NCBI RefSeq assembly: GCF_964355755.1
Contig: NC_092672.1
Coordinates: 1,178,001 to 1,242,000 of the forward strand
Length of the DNA: 64,000 bases
Source: Antedon mediterranea
Lineage: Eukaryota > Animalia > Echinodermata
Direction of reading: 5' to 3'
Numbering within the stretch: the stretch's first letter is position 1; each line of letters starts with the position of its first letter. The notes beneath the pieces are model-generated. The model saw only the letters and a list, made by a program, of their open reading frames with translations. It was not told the DNA's origin and did no database searches. Below are positions 12,609 to 25,084 of this stretch, in pieces. Position numbers and translations under genes: made by a program.

Positions 12609-15600
12609 CCAGCTATTTAAATTGTCGTTATTCCACCCGATTTTATTTTGGAGACCTCACTTATCGGACAAAAATAAAGACGGACGTGTTCTCGTGAGGT
12701 GCCAGCTAAAGCTTGGTTCCCACTAGAATGCAACGCAATGACACAAGCGCAAGGCAAGCGAGTTGACCAATCACATGCGACAATTAGTAATCCATCGTTG
12801 ATAGAATTGTGCGCTACGTTGTTCGTTGCGTCCTGTAGTATCCAATCTTAAATTGAAGCCTCGATCCTTAACATAACTACACGGTCTAGAGATACAAAAC
12901 TGTTTTATCTTTGTTAATGGAATGCTATATGCACATTATACGTTCATTGTCCGTGTTTTCTAGCTCACACCCCCGCCTCTTCTCCAGATACGTAAATGGA
13001 AATGTAAAAATCACCACTACGCAGGAAGTGTGCAGCAACAAATTGAGCAAGAATTTTATTTAAATGTAACTGAAGTATTAATAACTGTAAGTAAAATCTA
13101 GATTAAACAGTTACATATTGGTTTATTAAGATGGACTTTAAAATCCCGGTTGGAAATTCCCCGATACGTTAGCAATTTCACACGGTCCCTGCACTTAATT
13201 TCTATAGAGACACAGTGCAAGTATTCTATGGAATTTCCTTTTGAAATTCCGTAAACTTATTTTAGAAATGTATACAGAGAGTTTTAATAACAAAGTACAA
13301 CAACTGACTCAAATAACAAGAGGGAACTTACCATATTTCACGTTTCGATCTTTCAAATCCTTGATTTGACCATCATCAGGAGTGAACCAATAATTCCAAA
13401 GGCAGACAATTATAAGTAATTATGCGTAAATGAGATATAAACCATTAGCCATACATATTATTACAAAGACAATCAAAACAAAAGGCGCCAAGTAAAAGTC
13501 ATAATAGCTTAAAACTGGATAGAAGTTGTTATGTGTAGGCCTATCCGACGGTACAGCAAATTACTGTGAATTTAAAATAATTTGAATACCCTGCAAGGCC
13601 TCAGCTATTAAATAGGACGGCGATGAAAAGTGTTCACTCGCTTATTCTGGAATTTTTAGAAAACACACCTCAATCCTTACACACAATACGCATCAATTAG
13701 CTCAGCAGTATCAGTATTGTATCAATTTATAAAAATAAAAATTATATTACAACTGCCGAAGACAAGAAGTTAATTTTAACACTTTTTATTTAATGTTATA
13801 CTGTACAACTATTCAATTATTGATTCGTGTAATTTCATCGTCGATCACCTAATTTAAATGTCCGGCAAACCAGCCGTACAGTTATAGTTCAAGAACTCAC
13901 TAGGGTATGTAGTATTCTATGCGTACAGAAGTCAGTTCAATACGATTGAAGAGCGTCTTAAATCATAATGCATTAAGTATAGTCTTTGTGATTAACTTAA
14001 ACATTGAATGTGATAGGCCTTATGTTTGTATAGGTTTTATAAGACACAGATATGTTGTAGGCTAGTACGCTGCTACCGTACCGTATCACATCCCCTCGCT
14101 GCTAGTATTAGCCTCATTCTTGATAGTTTACCTGTCCGGATAGCATAACCGTTACCGATTGGAATTATGATTAATTGTATTTAATAAAAGATTAATGTGA
14201 AATACAGCGGGGATGATGGTTACGGGTATGTGGATGAGGTGGCTATTGAGAGCGTTCTCCGCCACCTCGGCCCCACCTTGGATCTTTAGTTGGCCGGAAT
14301 TATCCCTGTGATTGTCCGGCTACTTTTTGTTTTCCGTACATAATGCGGACAGGGAATTGTAACTAATTACAATTCCTTGATGTGGATAACCATTGTGATT
14401 GCCCAGTCTCTTTTTTTTCAATCGCCAACCATCACCAAAGTTTTTCTTATTGGTTACCCACAATTCATTATGCGGATCCATTGTGATTGTCAGGTTACTT
14501 GTTTTTTCCCGCACTTATTGCAGATAAACCTTGTGATTGGTCAGTCTCTTTTTCTTCAACCAACATTACAAAAGTTATACTTAATTTTCCAAGATTTTTT
14601 ACGGGCTTTTCTTCTCTAAAACAGAACATTTTGTAACTTTGTCAACTTATAAATATATATCTCAAGCTGTGTAGCTACTTGTTTGCCGACGTCTGAGTTG
14701 CGCAATTTTAATTACGCTCGATGTATGACATTTGGCCGTAATTTAAAAACTAAAAAGATTTTTTTTAAACCTAATTCAAACAAGAGTCAACTTTCTATGG
14801 AGTAAAAATGACGCGTTCCAGAAGGAATTAGGCGTGGTGTGAAAATCACGATCTAATGGCTGACGTCACGTTCCCAGATATTAAGGTGCTATTTTAAGAA
14901 GAAGATGGTGGGTGTGATGTGTTTTTATATATTAAGGCAAATGACCAAATAAGTCGGGAAACGACCGGTGTACAATTACTATGTACGGAAACGACCGGTG
15001 TACAATTACTATGTACGGAAACGACCGGTGTACAATTACTATGTACGGAAACGACCGGTGTACAATTACTATGTACGGAAACGACCGGTGTACAATTACT
15101 ATGTACGGAAACGACCGGTGTGCAATTACTATAAGTCGGGAAACGACCGGTGTACAATTACTATGTACGGAAACGACCGGTGTACAATTACTATGTACGG
15201 AAACGACCGGTGTACAATTACTATGTACGGAAACGACCGGTGTACAATTACTATGTACGGAAACGACCGGTGTACAATTACTATGTACGGAAACGACCGG
15301 TGTACAATTACTATGTACGGAAACGACCGGTGTACAATTACTATGTACGGAAACGACCGGTGTGAAATTACTATAAGTCGGGAAACGACCGGTGTACAAT
15401 TACTATGTACGGAAACGACCGGTGTACAATTACTATGTACGGAAACGACCGGTGTACAATTACTATGTACGGAAGCGACCGGTGTACAATTACTATGTAC
15501 GGAAACGACCGGTGTACAATTACTATGTACGGAAACGACCGGTGTACAATTACTATGTACGGAAACGACCGGTGTACAATTACTATGTACGGAAGCGACC

Positions 15601-16950
15601 GGTGTACAATTACTATGTACGGAAGCGACCGGTGTACAATTACTATGTACGGAAACGACCGGTGTACAATTACTATGTACGGAAACGACCGGTGTACAAT
15701 TACTATGTACGGAAACGACCGGTGTGCAATTACTATAAGTCGGGAAACGACCGGTGTACAATTACTATGTACGGAAACGACCGGTGTACAATTACTATGT
15801 ACGGAAGCGACCGGTGTACAATTACTATGTACGGAAACGACCGGTGTACAATTACTATGTACGGAAACGACAGGTGTGCAATTACTATAAGTCGGGAAAC
15901 GACCGGTTTACAATTACTATGTACGGAAACGACCGGTGTACAATTACTATAAGTCGGGAAACGACCGGTGTACAATTACTATAAGTACGGAAGCGACCGG
16001 TGTACAATTACTATAAGTACGGAAACGACCGGTGTACAATTACCATGTACAGAAACGACCGATGTACAATTACTATGTACGGAAACGACCGGTGTGAAAT
16101 TACTATAAGTCGGGAAACGACCGGTGTACAATTACTATGTACGGAAACGACCGGTGTACAATTACTATGTACGGAAACGACCGGTGTACAATTACTAAGT
16201 ACGGAAATGACCGGTGTACAATTACTATGTACGGAAATGACCGGTGTACAATTACTATGTACGGAAACGACCGGTGTACAATTACTATGTACGGAAACGA
16301 CCGGTGTACAATTACTATGTACGGAAACGACCGGTGTACAATTACTATGTACGGAAACGACCGGTGTACAATTACTATGTACGGAAACGACCGGTGTACA
16401 ATTACTATGTACGGAAACGACCGGTGTGCAATTACTATAAGTCGGGAAACGACCGGTGTACTACTATGTACGGAAACGACCGGTGTACAATTACTATGTA
16501 CGGAAGCGACCGGTGTACAATTACTATGTACGGAAACGACCGGTGTACAATTACTATGTACGGAAGCGACCGGTGTACAATTACTATGTACGGAAACGAC
16601 AGGTGTGCAATTACAATAAGTCGGGAAACGACAGGTGTGCAATTACAATAAGTCGGGAAACGACCGGTTTACAATTACTATGTACGGAAACGACCGGTGT
16701 ACAATTACTATAAGTCGGGAAACGACCGGTGTACAATTACTATAAGTACGGAAGCGACCGGTGTACAATTACTATAAGTACGGAAACGACCTGTGTACAA
16801 TAACCATGTACAGAAACGACCGATGTACAATTACTATAAGTACGGAAGCGATCGGTGTACACTACTACATGTACGGAAACAACCGGTATATAATTACTAT
16901 AAGTACGGAAACGACCGGTGTACAATACTATTATTATGTACGGAAACGAT
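12609..16950 (+). repeat. Tandem segmental duplication, copy 2
   Basis: Same start motif and internal sequence as 9008-12410 with scattered substitutions and indels; ends in a longer 30-bp satellite. Confidence 0.95.
14948..16950 (+). repeat. 30-bp satellite, array 2 (~65 units)
   Basis: Same unit as 11706-12410; homogeneous at left, degenerate after ~16700. Confidence 0.97.
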
Positions 16951-17061
16951 GACAGTATAGTAGCATGATAGCAGGAAATACTAAACAACAAGACACTGTT
17001 GTGGTAATACCAAGTAGAAGCATAACAAGCTATCATAGAAAAATAAATATGGCAAAACCTG

Positions 17062-17178
17062 TTTTTAGTCGCGTGGACGCGACTCTATAGTTCCCTATGT
17101 CGGTCGGTCGGTCTGTCGGTCTGTCGGTCCGGTATCACTATGCGTTTTAGCACGCGACTTATGGCTGTTGGCCTTGTT
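17062..17178 (+). mobile_element. Short Helentron/DINE-1-like (HINE) non-autonomous element
   Basis: 5' T-run, AGTCGCGTG with nearby inverted ACGCGACT, (GTCG/GTCT)n microsatellite, 3' inverted copy CACGCGACT, small GGCTGTTGGCC stem and T end. This layout is typical of HINEs. Confidence 0.6.
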
Positions 17179-17807
17179 AAATATCAACACGATTATACAT
17201 TCAGGTATTGATTATAATGTTGATTTCGAAACATTGATAATTTTGATAAACACTAACATTTTCATCCTAACAATTACAGCTAGTTTTAGCAGATTCATGA
17301 GGCAGCCATGTATATATTGTTTTTCGTGGTGGGGATGCAAACCATTTTGTCGACAGAATTGTCATTTTTGGTGAAGAAATAGCTTGCCTGTAATTTTATA
17401 TAAAAAAAACCAATGGATTACGCTTTGACAAAACAGACAACAAAACAACATGAATGAAAAAAATATATATTATTAAACGACACATTATGTGGTTGAGAAA
17501 AAGGTTATATGTCAGATCATGACAGATTTTTGGTACAAAATTAACTTTTTTTTTACAAACCAACGAAGTCGCGCCGCACGTAGTAAACACGAATATGTAA
17601 AGTTTTATTTTTAGACAAATTGCGGGAAAAGCAAAAATTTTCGTATCATTGATGTCCCATCAATACATTTTTATAATCCAAATGTAAATTCCTTGTGCGT
17701 TAATCGATGGATTGCGTTACGAGTCAGCGTTTATTGGTGCTCTAATCTTAATATACACATTGTCAAAATAATATAGCGTGTGAAGCACAAAGATTAATTT
17801 CTATGCC

Positions 17808-17965
17808 TAAAGCTGTCTACACTTTCAAACTAGTTTAACAACAAAAAAGTGTGATGTGCCCAAATATGGTAGTGATATGACATAATCATCATGTCAATAT
17901 AAATGGGCACATCCCATTTTTGTTGTTGCATAAATTTTGATAGGGTCCCGGTAGACAGAGGTTAC
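17808..17965. mobile_element. Palindromic MITE family AAAGCTCTGTCTACACTATCAAAC...GTTTGATAGTGTAGACAGAGCTTT
   Basis: Related copies at ~35933-36050, ~52449-52590, ~57231-57330, ~62760-62850 and a fragment at ~32975-33005; shared core GTGATGTGCCCA and TATCACTACCATATTTGG. Confidence 0.75.
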
Positions 17966-19200
17966 CAGTTAAACAGTGTGCAGTTGTTCAATGACTGAAA
18001 TGTTCCCTTATTTACAGATAAGTGCCCTTCTCTTCACAATGTTAATGTCGCTTTGTATACTAAATTTTACTATTCTTTTGTTAGTTTAATGTTTTCCTGC
18101 GTACAAAATGTTTTCTTTCAATCGGAGCGAGGGTGTGAGTTGCAAATAAATGCGTCTACGATTACGACGTGACGATTTTTTAAGTATCAAATAAGTAAAC
18201 AAACCTTGTTTACTTATTACAGAAATACATTTATGTTGATTTAATTATAGTTTACCGTAAATACACAGAAAATCTATACGCCGTTTCTATTGGCTATAGT
18301 GAATTTTCTTTTTGTTTTGTTTCGCAATTCATTTGTTTTTTTTTAAAGTTTTGATCGATAACATGATAACTGAACTACTTTACTAACTAATATTATGAAT
18401 TAAAGTATAAACCTAGCTCAGTTTTAAATAAATATATTTAAATGTTAAAGTTAAATTTAAACAAACATATTCAACAATAGGCCTAATGATTATTCTATAA
18501 GAATTATAAATAATGTAATAATGTAATAATAAGAAATTCGATTTTTAAAAACATGGGGAAATGGCAAAGGCTTCCTCCTATGCTAGAACTTTAATCAGAA
18601 TAATAGGCCTATAGTGATTTTACAACACTTGTAACATGACCACAGTGGTGCTGATTTTGGAATTTTCCTCTGTATAGTTAAGGGCAATTCAAACTTGTTC
18701 ATGCATTTCGTTCCTAATGCCTTTTTTTAATGAACATGCGCGTTTTTAAATGTCAGTGATACTTACAGTTAGAGTGTACGCCAAGCTGATGCTCTCTGTT
18801 CTTTTTCTTTGTAACAGTTAATAATTGGTTAAAAACACTTGAATGTTTCTTTATATTAAAAAAAAGAACAAGAGAGTGACAATGATTCCGGTATGACGAT
18901 GTTTATATAAAATGATCCATTCACAAACTTCTTGTTGTTTACGAACGCAATCAGCTTTAATTGAATTATTGTTTAATACAAAATGCGTAGAGAAAAAATA
19001 CAGATCTACACTCCTTTTTGCCGGCTGTCTGTCTCGACGCAATCACCAACGCCCAAAGAAAAGACAGAGTTCCGCATCATACGACTATTTAAACGATATT
19101 TAGTTCCTCCTTTATATTACCTCCTTTATTTTCAATTCGTTGGTGGCGCTGCTACTGACTAACACGAATCAGAGGTTTTATTGCAAAAATTACAAATAGT

Positions 19201-19218
19201 GGCCATTTTAAAATGGCC
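19201..19218. promoter_or_regulatory. Perfect 18-bp palindrome GGCCATTTTAAAATGGCC (two divergent YY1-like motifs)
   Basis: Seen directly; AAAATGGCCGCC resembles the YY1 consensus and lies in a CpG-enriched stretch. Confidence 0.4.
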
Positions 19219-20134
19219 GCCGAAGCAAATTTCTTGCTTCTGTGCGTCTATTCTACAACATATTACATTTTCATGGAATATAGCTATAATTCGTACGAGA
19301 ATAAGAGTATGACGCGAATCGTTCTGCTAACGCGAATACTCATATCCAATCAGATTTCATGTATAGTGGTCCCGAATTTAGACTTTCAGACAGACAACGT
19401 ATGGTGGCGGTTGTATAATAGCTAACGACGAGACCTATTTTGACCTCCAATTTGGATACGGCACGGGCACGCACGGCTAGCACAACAACACGTTGTGTTT
19501 TCACACACGCCACACAAATTGAGGGTTAGGTTTGTATTTATTATTAAACAATTACTTTATCCAAATAATATGTAAACCGAACACTAGGCATATTTTTAGT
19601 CGGGGAAACTAAGGTCTATAATAAATGTAATGCAGTGGGTAGAGAATAGATCAAAAAGGTCAAACAAAGTTGAAAGAAGAAGGTCGATCACATTTTCCAG
19701 TGTGCGCGGTGCAAGCAGGACGGTCGGCCTACAGAGGCAGGCTAGGCCTAGATAAGTGCGTACTAGGCTAGTACTACAGGATATAACTAGCAGGTTGCAT
19801 ATCAAATGAGCACGTACATTAGCTAGCCTAGGCTAGGACTAGATAATTATTTGATGGAGTACTACTACTGTACTACTCTACTGCTGGCGCTACTGCAGTT
19901 TTGCACCACACTGTTATATCTTCGATTTCTCACCTAAATTTTTTCTCACACTCACATCATACAACTTTTTTAGGCCAGTATGTAACATGTTCCCATGATT
20001 AAACCACCGTTAATTACATTTATCACAATAAAAAAAGGCTTTTCAAAACAGCTCTTTTTCCGCAAATACTTTGATCGAACTGTGGCCATTTTAGAATCAG
20101 AAAATTGCCAGAAATCAATGTATGTTTTATTTTA

Positions 20135-20882
20135 CGCAGTGGTTAGGATTCCGGCACCGGAACTCAACTGCCCAGCGTTAGGGAATCCGACACGCTATTG
20201 CGCATGCCCAGAGCGAGGTAATCGGCGACTCTATACCTATCAACAACAGCGATGGATCATTTCATAGCTGCGCCACACGGCGAACTAGCCTAGATGCCTA
20301 CTAATACGGTATCCACTAATCTAGGCTAGGGCTACCAGTTAGACGTGACCAGTGGGCCAGCTTATTTTTTAATTAAATAGTGGTTGCTTCATTCATATAT
20401 AAACTTCATATCATTATGAATTATATAATTACATGACTAGTTTTATGATTTTTCATAACGCATTATACTGTACATAACAACATGCAATCACAAGTTGATT
20501 TGTTGACGGCAGCCACCGCGTGGATGTGAAAACTGTTCGGAAAGTCAGGGTCGCAACGCTAAAAACAGCATTAAGATTCTTAGATAGATACTGATACTTA
20601 TTAATATCATTATAATTATTTTAACGCGTGGCGTAGTCGTATTTTAATTATTAATTCATGTATGGCATAGGCCAAGTTTCATCCATCGCTCTCGCTCGCG
20701 CAACGACTATCTAGGCTACAGTAAATCCCTATAACACTCCGACTCTCGGTGGTGTGGTGTGTGTGGCACTCTATAAGTGCAAGCTATAATTCACTTCCCA
20801 GAGCTATGAGCATGCGCAATAACGTGTCGGATTCCCTAACGGTGGGCAGTTGAGTTCCGGTGCCGGAATCCTAACCACGGCG
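20135..20882. mobile_element. MITE with ~75-bp TIRs and 9-bp TSD (Mutator-like)
   Basis: Left CGCAGTGGTTAGGATTCCGGCACCGGAACTCAACTGCCC; right GGGCAGTTGAGTTCCGGTGCCGGAATCCTAACCACGGCG; TTTATTTTA at 20126-20134 and 20883-20891. Confidence 0.9.
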
Positions 20883-21855
20883 TTTATTTTATGTTTTTAT
20901 TTTTAAACTGCAGTGTGGTTTTATAAAGAACCTGCTGTACATATCAAAAGGGCGACGATATGAGTCCGTACATATAACATTTTAATTTGAAAAAATCATA
21001 AACCATATTTCAATTTCAATATGTAAAACACATCGTCATCATCATTAGCAAATATTGTTATCTCACTGTACTAAAAAATAGAAAATCATTTGTTTATGTT
21101 TGAATGTATTGATTAGATATAATTTTCTTTGATAGGCCCTATTAATATTAATAATAATATTGAAATGTTAATTTAACCTCTATTACGCCAGCTGAAAATA
21201 TTTCTATTTCAAAAGTAAATACATGTTTAATCGGATTTTATAACCCTACCCTCTATAGTTTCTAATATTTTTGGGCAAAAAAGAAGCATACATTCTGGCA
21301 ATTGATTGTTAAATATAAGATGGCGAACATTTCGCAGTGTGTTGACACCGAGTTCAGTATCGTTTAAAATGTTTTGAAAACTATTGTTATTTAAAATGGA
21401 CCTGAAATGGAATTTCGATTTTCAAGAAATTCACACATGTTATTTAAATGTATCAAACTAACACAAACCCATACAAATAAAAACAAAATATATAGTATTT
21501 TGAGTAAAAACGAAATTTTAAGATACCATGGTAAATTAGCGAAAATTACTCACGCCATTGCAATATTCTATTTCAACGGCCGTCGGAAGCCTCTATATTC
21601 ACGACGTCACATATACACACGATGATATCGAGAGCGTGTATGCCGCCCGATAGTCAGTGAATGATCGACGGCCTGGAAAGATACGCGAAGCGTTGACACT
21701 AATACTAATTTATTCAATATCTAATGTTGTTGAAATATAGGTCCCTAAAATGTACTTCGTTTGTTCTAAAACCCGAATTTAGAAGGCCTACCTCCCAAAC
21801 CTTTACTAGCTAGGCCTAGCTAGGCCCCCAATCCAGTGCGCGGAGTCGATCCACC

Positions 21856-23478
21856 GGATTAGGCCAAGTTGAGCCGCCGACAAGTTGAGCCGCCGCAAGA
21901 AAAACGTTATTTTCTATGAAACGCCAAATGCTAACTTTCGCCGGTGCTCGTTTTTTATTTAATAGAAGTTCTATTTTCATTAGGGATAACGAAGTTTATA
22001 TATTACACTTTTTAGTATAGTATTAAATATTACACTTTAAAGAACTATAATATGAAAATCTGACTTGTACTTGTAGATTCCAAAATAAAAGACCTAAAAC
22101 ATCACCGAAAATGATCGTTTTTAGCCAAAAATGACGTAAACATGTTGCCTCCTCAGGTTAAATAATTACATAAAATCACCGTTTTTTAGGAAAATATTTT
22201 GTGTATTAAAATTGTAAAATTCAATAAAATATGATATTAAAAGGGTGCAGGTCAAGTCGGCCCTAAACCGTCTCGGCCAAAGTCAAGTCGGCCCCACGTC
22301 AAGTCGGCCCCAAGTCAAGTCGGCCCCAAGTCAACTCGGCCCCAAGTCAACTCGGCCTCAAGTCAACTCGGCCTCACGTCAACTCGGCCAAAAACTAATC
22401 GGTCAACTCGGCCACAATAAAGTATGGAATGCAAAAAGTGCTTAATATTATTATGATTCTTACTATCCACGCTTTAAAAAAAATGAATAAAAAAAAATAT
22501 AATTAAATAATATCATATAAAAAAATGAACTCATTGCCAATATGAATATAAGTACCCGCGTGTTACAAAAACACGTGCAGGTACCGCATTTTAGTAAATC
22601 GAAGACGGAGGCCTGTAACGTTCCACCATTTGGCCATAGAAAAAATGATTGTACATCGTTTTTGTCCATGATTTGCGTTTAAAAAAAAGGGGAATACCCC
22701 GGTCAGTGAAAACACGTAGCAGTTGTAGATATCGAAAAAGCTGCCAAAGGCGCAGGGAGGCGCAGCTACGAATTGTTTTCAATTGTGCAATTTGAAATTT
22801 TATTAAACGTATTAATAAAGGAAAGTTGGTGAAATCATTCCTATTTTTTTGCTAAATATATTATTGTCTAAATATTAATATTCATTAAAAGTCAGAATTA
22901 TTTATAGTTAAAAAATTGTGATGAAATATTATTTTATCAATCCCCTTCATTTGCACTTTTTGCGTTCCATACTTTAACGGGGCCGAGTTTACCGATTATT
23001 TTTTGGCCGAGTTGACGTGAGGCCGAGTTGACTTGAGGCCGAGTTGACTTGAGGCCGAGTTGACTTGAGGCCGACTTGACTTTGGCCGAGACGGTTTAGG
23101 GCCGACTTGGATCGAAACCTATTAAAAGATAGTAAATAAAAAATAATTATTACTTAACCTCATTCGAAGAATATCAATACTCTATTATATTAGTTATTTG
23201 GGTAGGCCTACACGTCCACGCGAGACAAATATAGAGTGCACGGCATTTTTACCTTGAAAGATTACTTTCCTTTGCTGTGTTGTTTATGGTGGTTCAAACC
23301 AACATTGTAGTATGTAATTATATATTATTTATTTTCATGACACAATACACATAAAGACCATGAACTTGTACTAGGACACCGCTCTAATCACTACGCGAAA
23401 TGTCGTAAAAGACGCGCTGGGCGTTTCATAGAAATTACCTGCGGCTCAACTTGTCGGCGGCCCAACCGGTCATATGCC
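21856..23478. mobile_element. Non-autonomous TIR element with 8-bp TSD GATCCACC, nested in 21395-24160
   Basis: GTTGAGCCGCCGACAAGTTGAGCCGC...TTTCTATGAAACGCC at left is inverted as GGCGTTTCATAGAAA...GCGGCTCAACTTGTCGGCGGCCCAAC at right; GATCCACC at 21848-21855 and 23479-23486. Confidence 0.8.
22244..23119. mobile_element. Foldback-type MITE with subterminal 16-bp tandem repeats and 9-bp TSD (Mutator-like), innermost element of the nest
   Basis: (AAGTCAACTCGGCCYC)n at 22250-22415 is inverted as (GAGGCCGAGTTGACTT)n at 22980-23110; TATTAAAAG at 22235-22243 and 23120-23128. Confidence 0.92.
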
Positions 23479-24785
23479 GATCCACCACCCACATCATGCG
23501 GCGAGGCTCCGTTTCATGTGCATCCAAGGACCAAAGCGATATCAACAACTTGCTGCGCTCATTGTCAAGCCAAAGTAAAATATGAATAAAATTCGTTTTC
23601 GAACTGCCTGATTCGTGACAAATAAATTATCATCTCATATTACTAATTTAATTCTGCTAAACTAAAAACTAAAGAAACTATCACATTTTAGCAGTATAAA
23701 TTACGAACGATACAAAATACACGAACGGAAAATATGGATACGCATCATTGCGCACGGAGCTGTATCCCGGACAACGTTGCCAGGCCAACTTCGGTATTGC
23801 CAGAAAAAACCCGTTGATTTTAAGATTTTAAATCGTCATTTACTCGATGAATAACCGTTTATACGGTAATAATTTTATCTAAAAAAATTCTAAATACGTT
23901 TCTGCAAATGCACAAGCATTTTTTAGAAAATACTCCATAGATTTCAAGAGTTATAGCCAAAAAACTGCAAATTGTCCATTGGAGGGATAGGAATATATTC
24001 GCAAAGTGACGTCACCCGCGAATTTTTTTTATTTTCAAATGGGGCTTTCCCCAAATAGGCCAATTTATATTTTGTAACAATATACATTCTAGCAACACCT
24101 AATAGCCCCCAAAACATCATTCTAAAATGAAAAAAATTGAAAATCCATTTCAGGTCCATTTAAAAAAAAAAATTACTTCGTAAGTGGTCGAATCGTATAA
24201 ATATGTTACATAATATTATATTGTGAGTGTGAAAAAGGAAAGTTTAGCTGAGAAATCGAAGATATAATGGTGTGGTGCGAAACTGCAGTAGCGCTCTACC
24301 GCTGGTCATTAAGTATATAATTATATTAGGCCTATAGGTCTATATAATATAGGCTAGTAGTAGTAGTAGTACTACTTCTACTAGCCCACTATATAGGACC
24401 TCTAAGCCTAGTAGAGGTAGTCACTACTACTACTAGGGTTAGAGTAGTACTATAGACGATTTTCGTACTACAGATTAAGCCATCTTGCAGAGATGACAAA
24501 CAGTCGTAAACAGTCGAGTGTAAAAAACAAAATAACATAGCGTTTTCATGGGATTTCAGGACACCATGTTAAATAAAAAATCGTATCTCCTAACCTTAAC
24601 GACGGAAGGTCGTATGAGAAAAAAAAAGAAGAAGATTGGCCTATCTGTATGGTTGAAAAAACTTAGAATCCATCGAAAGAAACACCACAACATTGCTTAA
24701 CTTTGTTGATGTGACTAGAACCATACTATCTAAAGTGCAAGCACAGCAAATATGAGCACTAAATGCACTTTTGAACTTACTGAGA

Positions 24786-25025
24786 GTGAGACTAGGGTTA
24801 CAGTTAGTCACCAATAGAACGTGAAGATACTGTGCACCCTCTCAAGTGAGACTAGGGTTACAGTTAGTCACCAATAGAACGTGAAGATACTGTGCACCCT
24901 CTCAAGTGAGACTAGGGTTACAGTTAGTCACCAATAGAACGTGAAGATACTGTGCACCCTCTCAAGTGAGACTTGGGTTACAGTTAGTCACCAATAGAAC
25001 GTGAAGATACTGTGCACCCTCTCAA
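24786..25025 (+). repeat. 60-bp tandem repeat x4 just upstream of the NOL7 acceptor
   Basis: GTGAGACTAGGGTTACAGTTAGTCACCAATAGAACGTGAAGATACTGTGCACCCTCTCAA repeated with period 60. Confidence 0.97.
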
Positions 25026-25084
25026 AATAAGTTTGTGTCATAAATTGTTTTTAATTTCAGGTAGGCCGTATACTGTGTACCAAA

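Larger units (their letters stand above)
21395..24160. mobile_element. Kolobok-like non-autonomous DNA transposon at a TTAA site, hosting nested insertions
   Basis: TTAA-AATGGACCTGAAATGGAATTTC at left; GAAAATCCATTTCAGGTCCAT-TTAA at right. TTAA target with non-CC termini fits Kolobok rather than piggyBac. Confidence 0.7.

Noticed and set aside
11133-14619. Paired 78-80 aa ORFs conserved in both duplicates
   Set aside because: Conservation reflects the recent duplication; a T-run indel changes the N-terminal frame between copies, which argues against coding constraint.
11706-16950. 30-bp repeats as a CRISPR array
   Set aside because: Units are head-to-tail with no unique spacers, there are no cas genes, and the context is a spliced eukaryotic locus.
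11651-17036. Numerous ORFs (CTETTGVQLL, YNYYVRKRPV, MYGNDRCTIT and reverse frames)
   Set aside because: A stop-free 30-bp unit is open in most frames; the 32-bp variants shift frame and there are no splice or domain signals.
20135-24160. Autonomous transposase within the nested elements
   Set aside because: No ORF of adequate length and no DDE motif seen; all appear non-autonomous.
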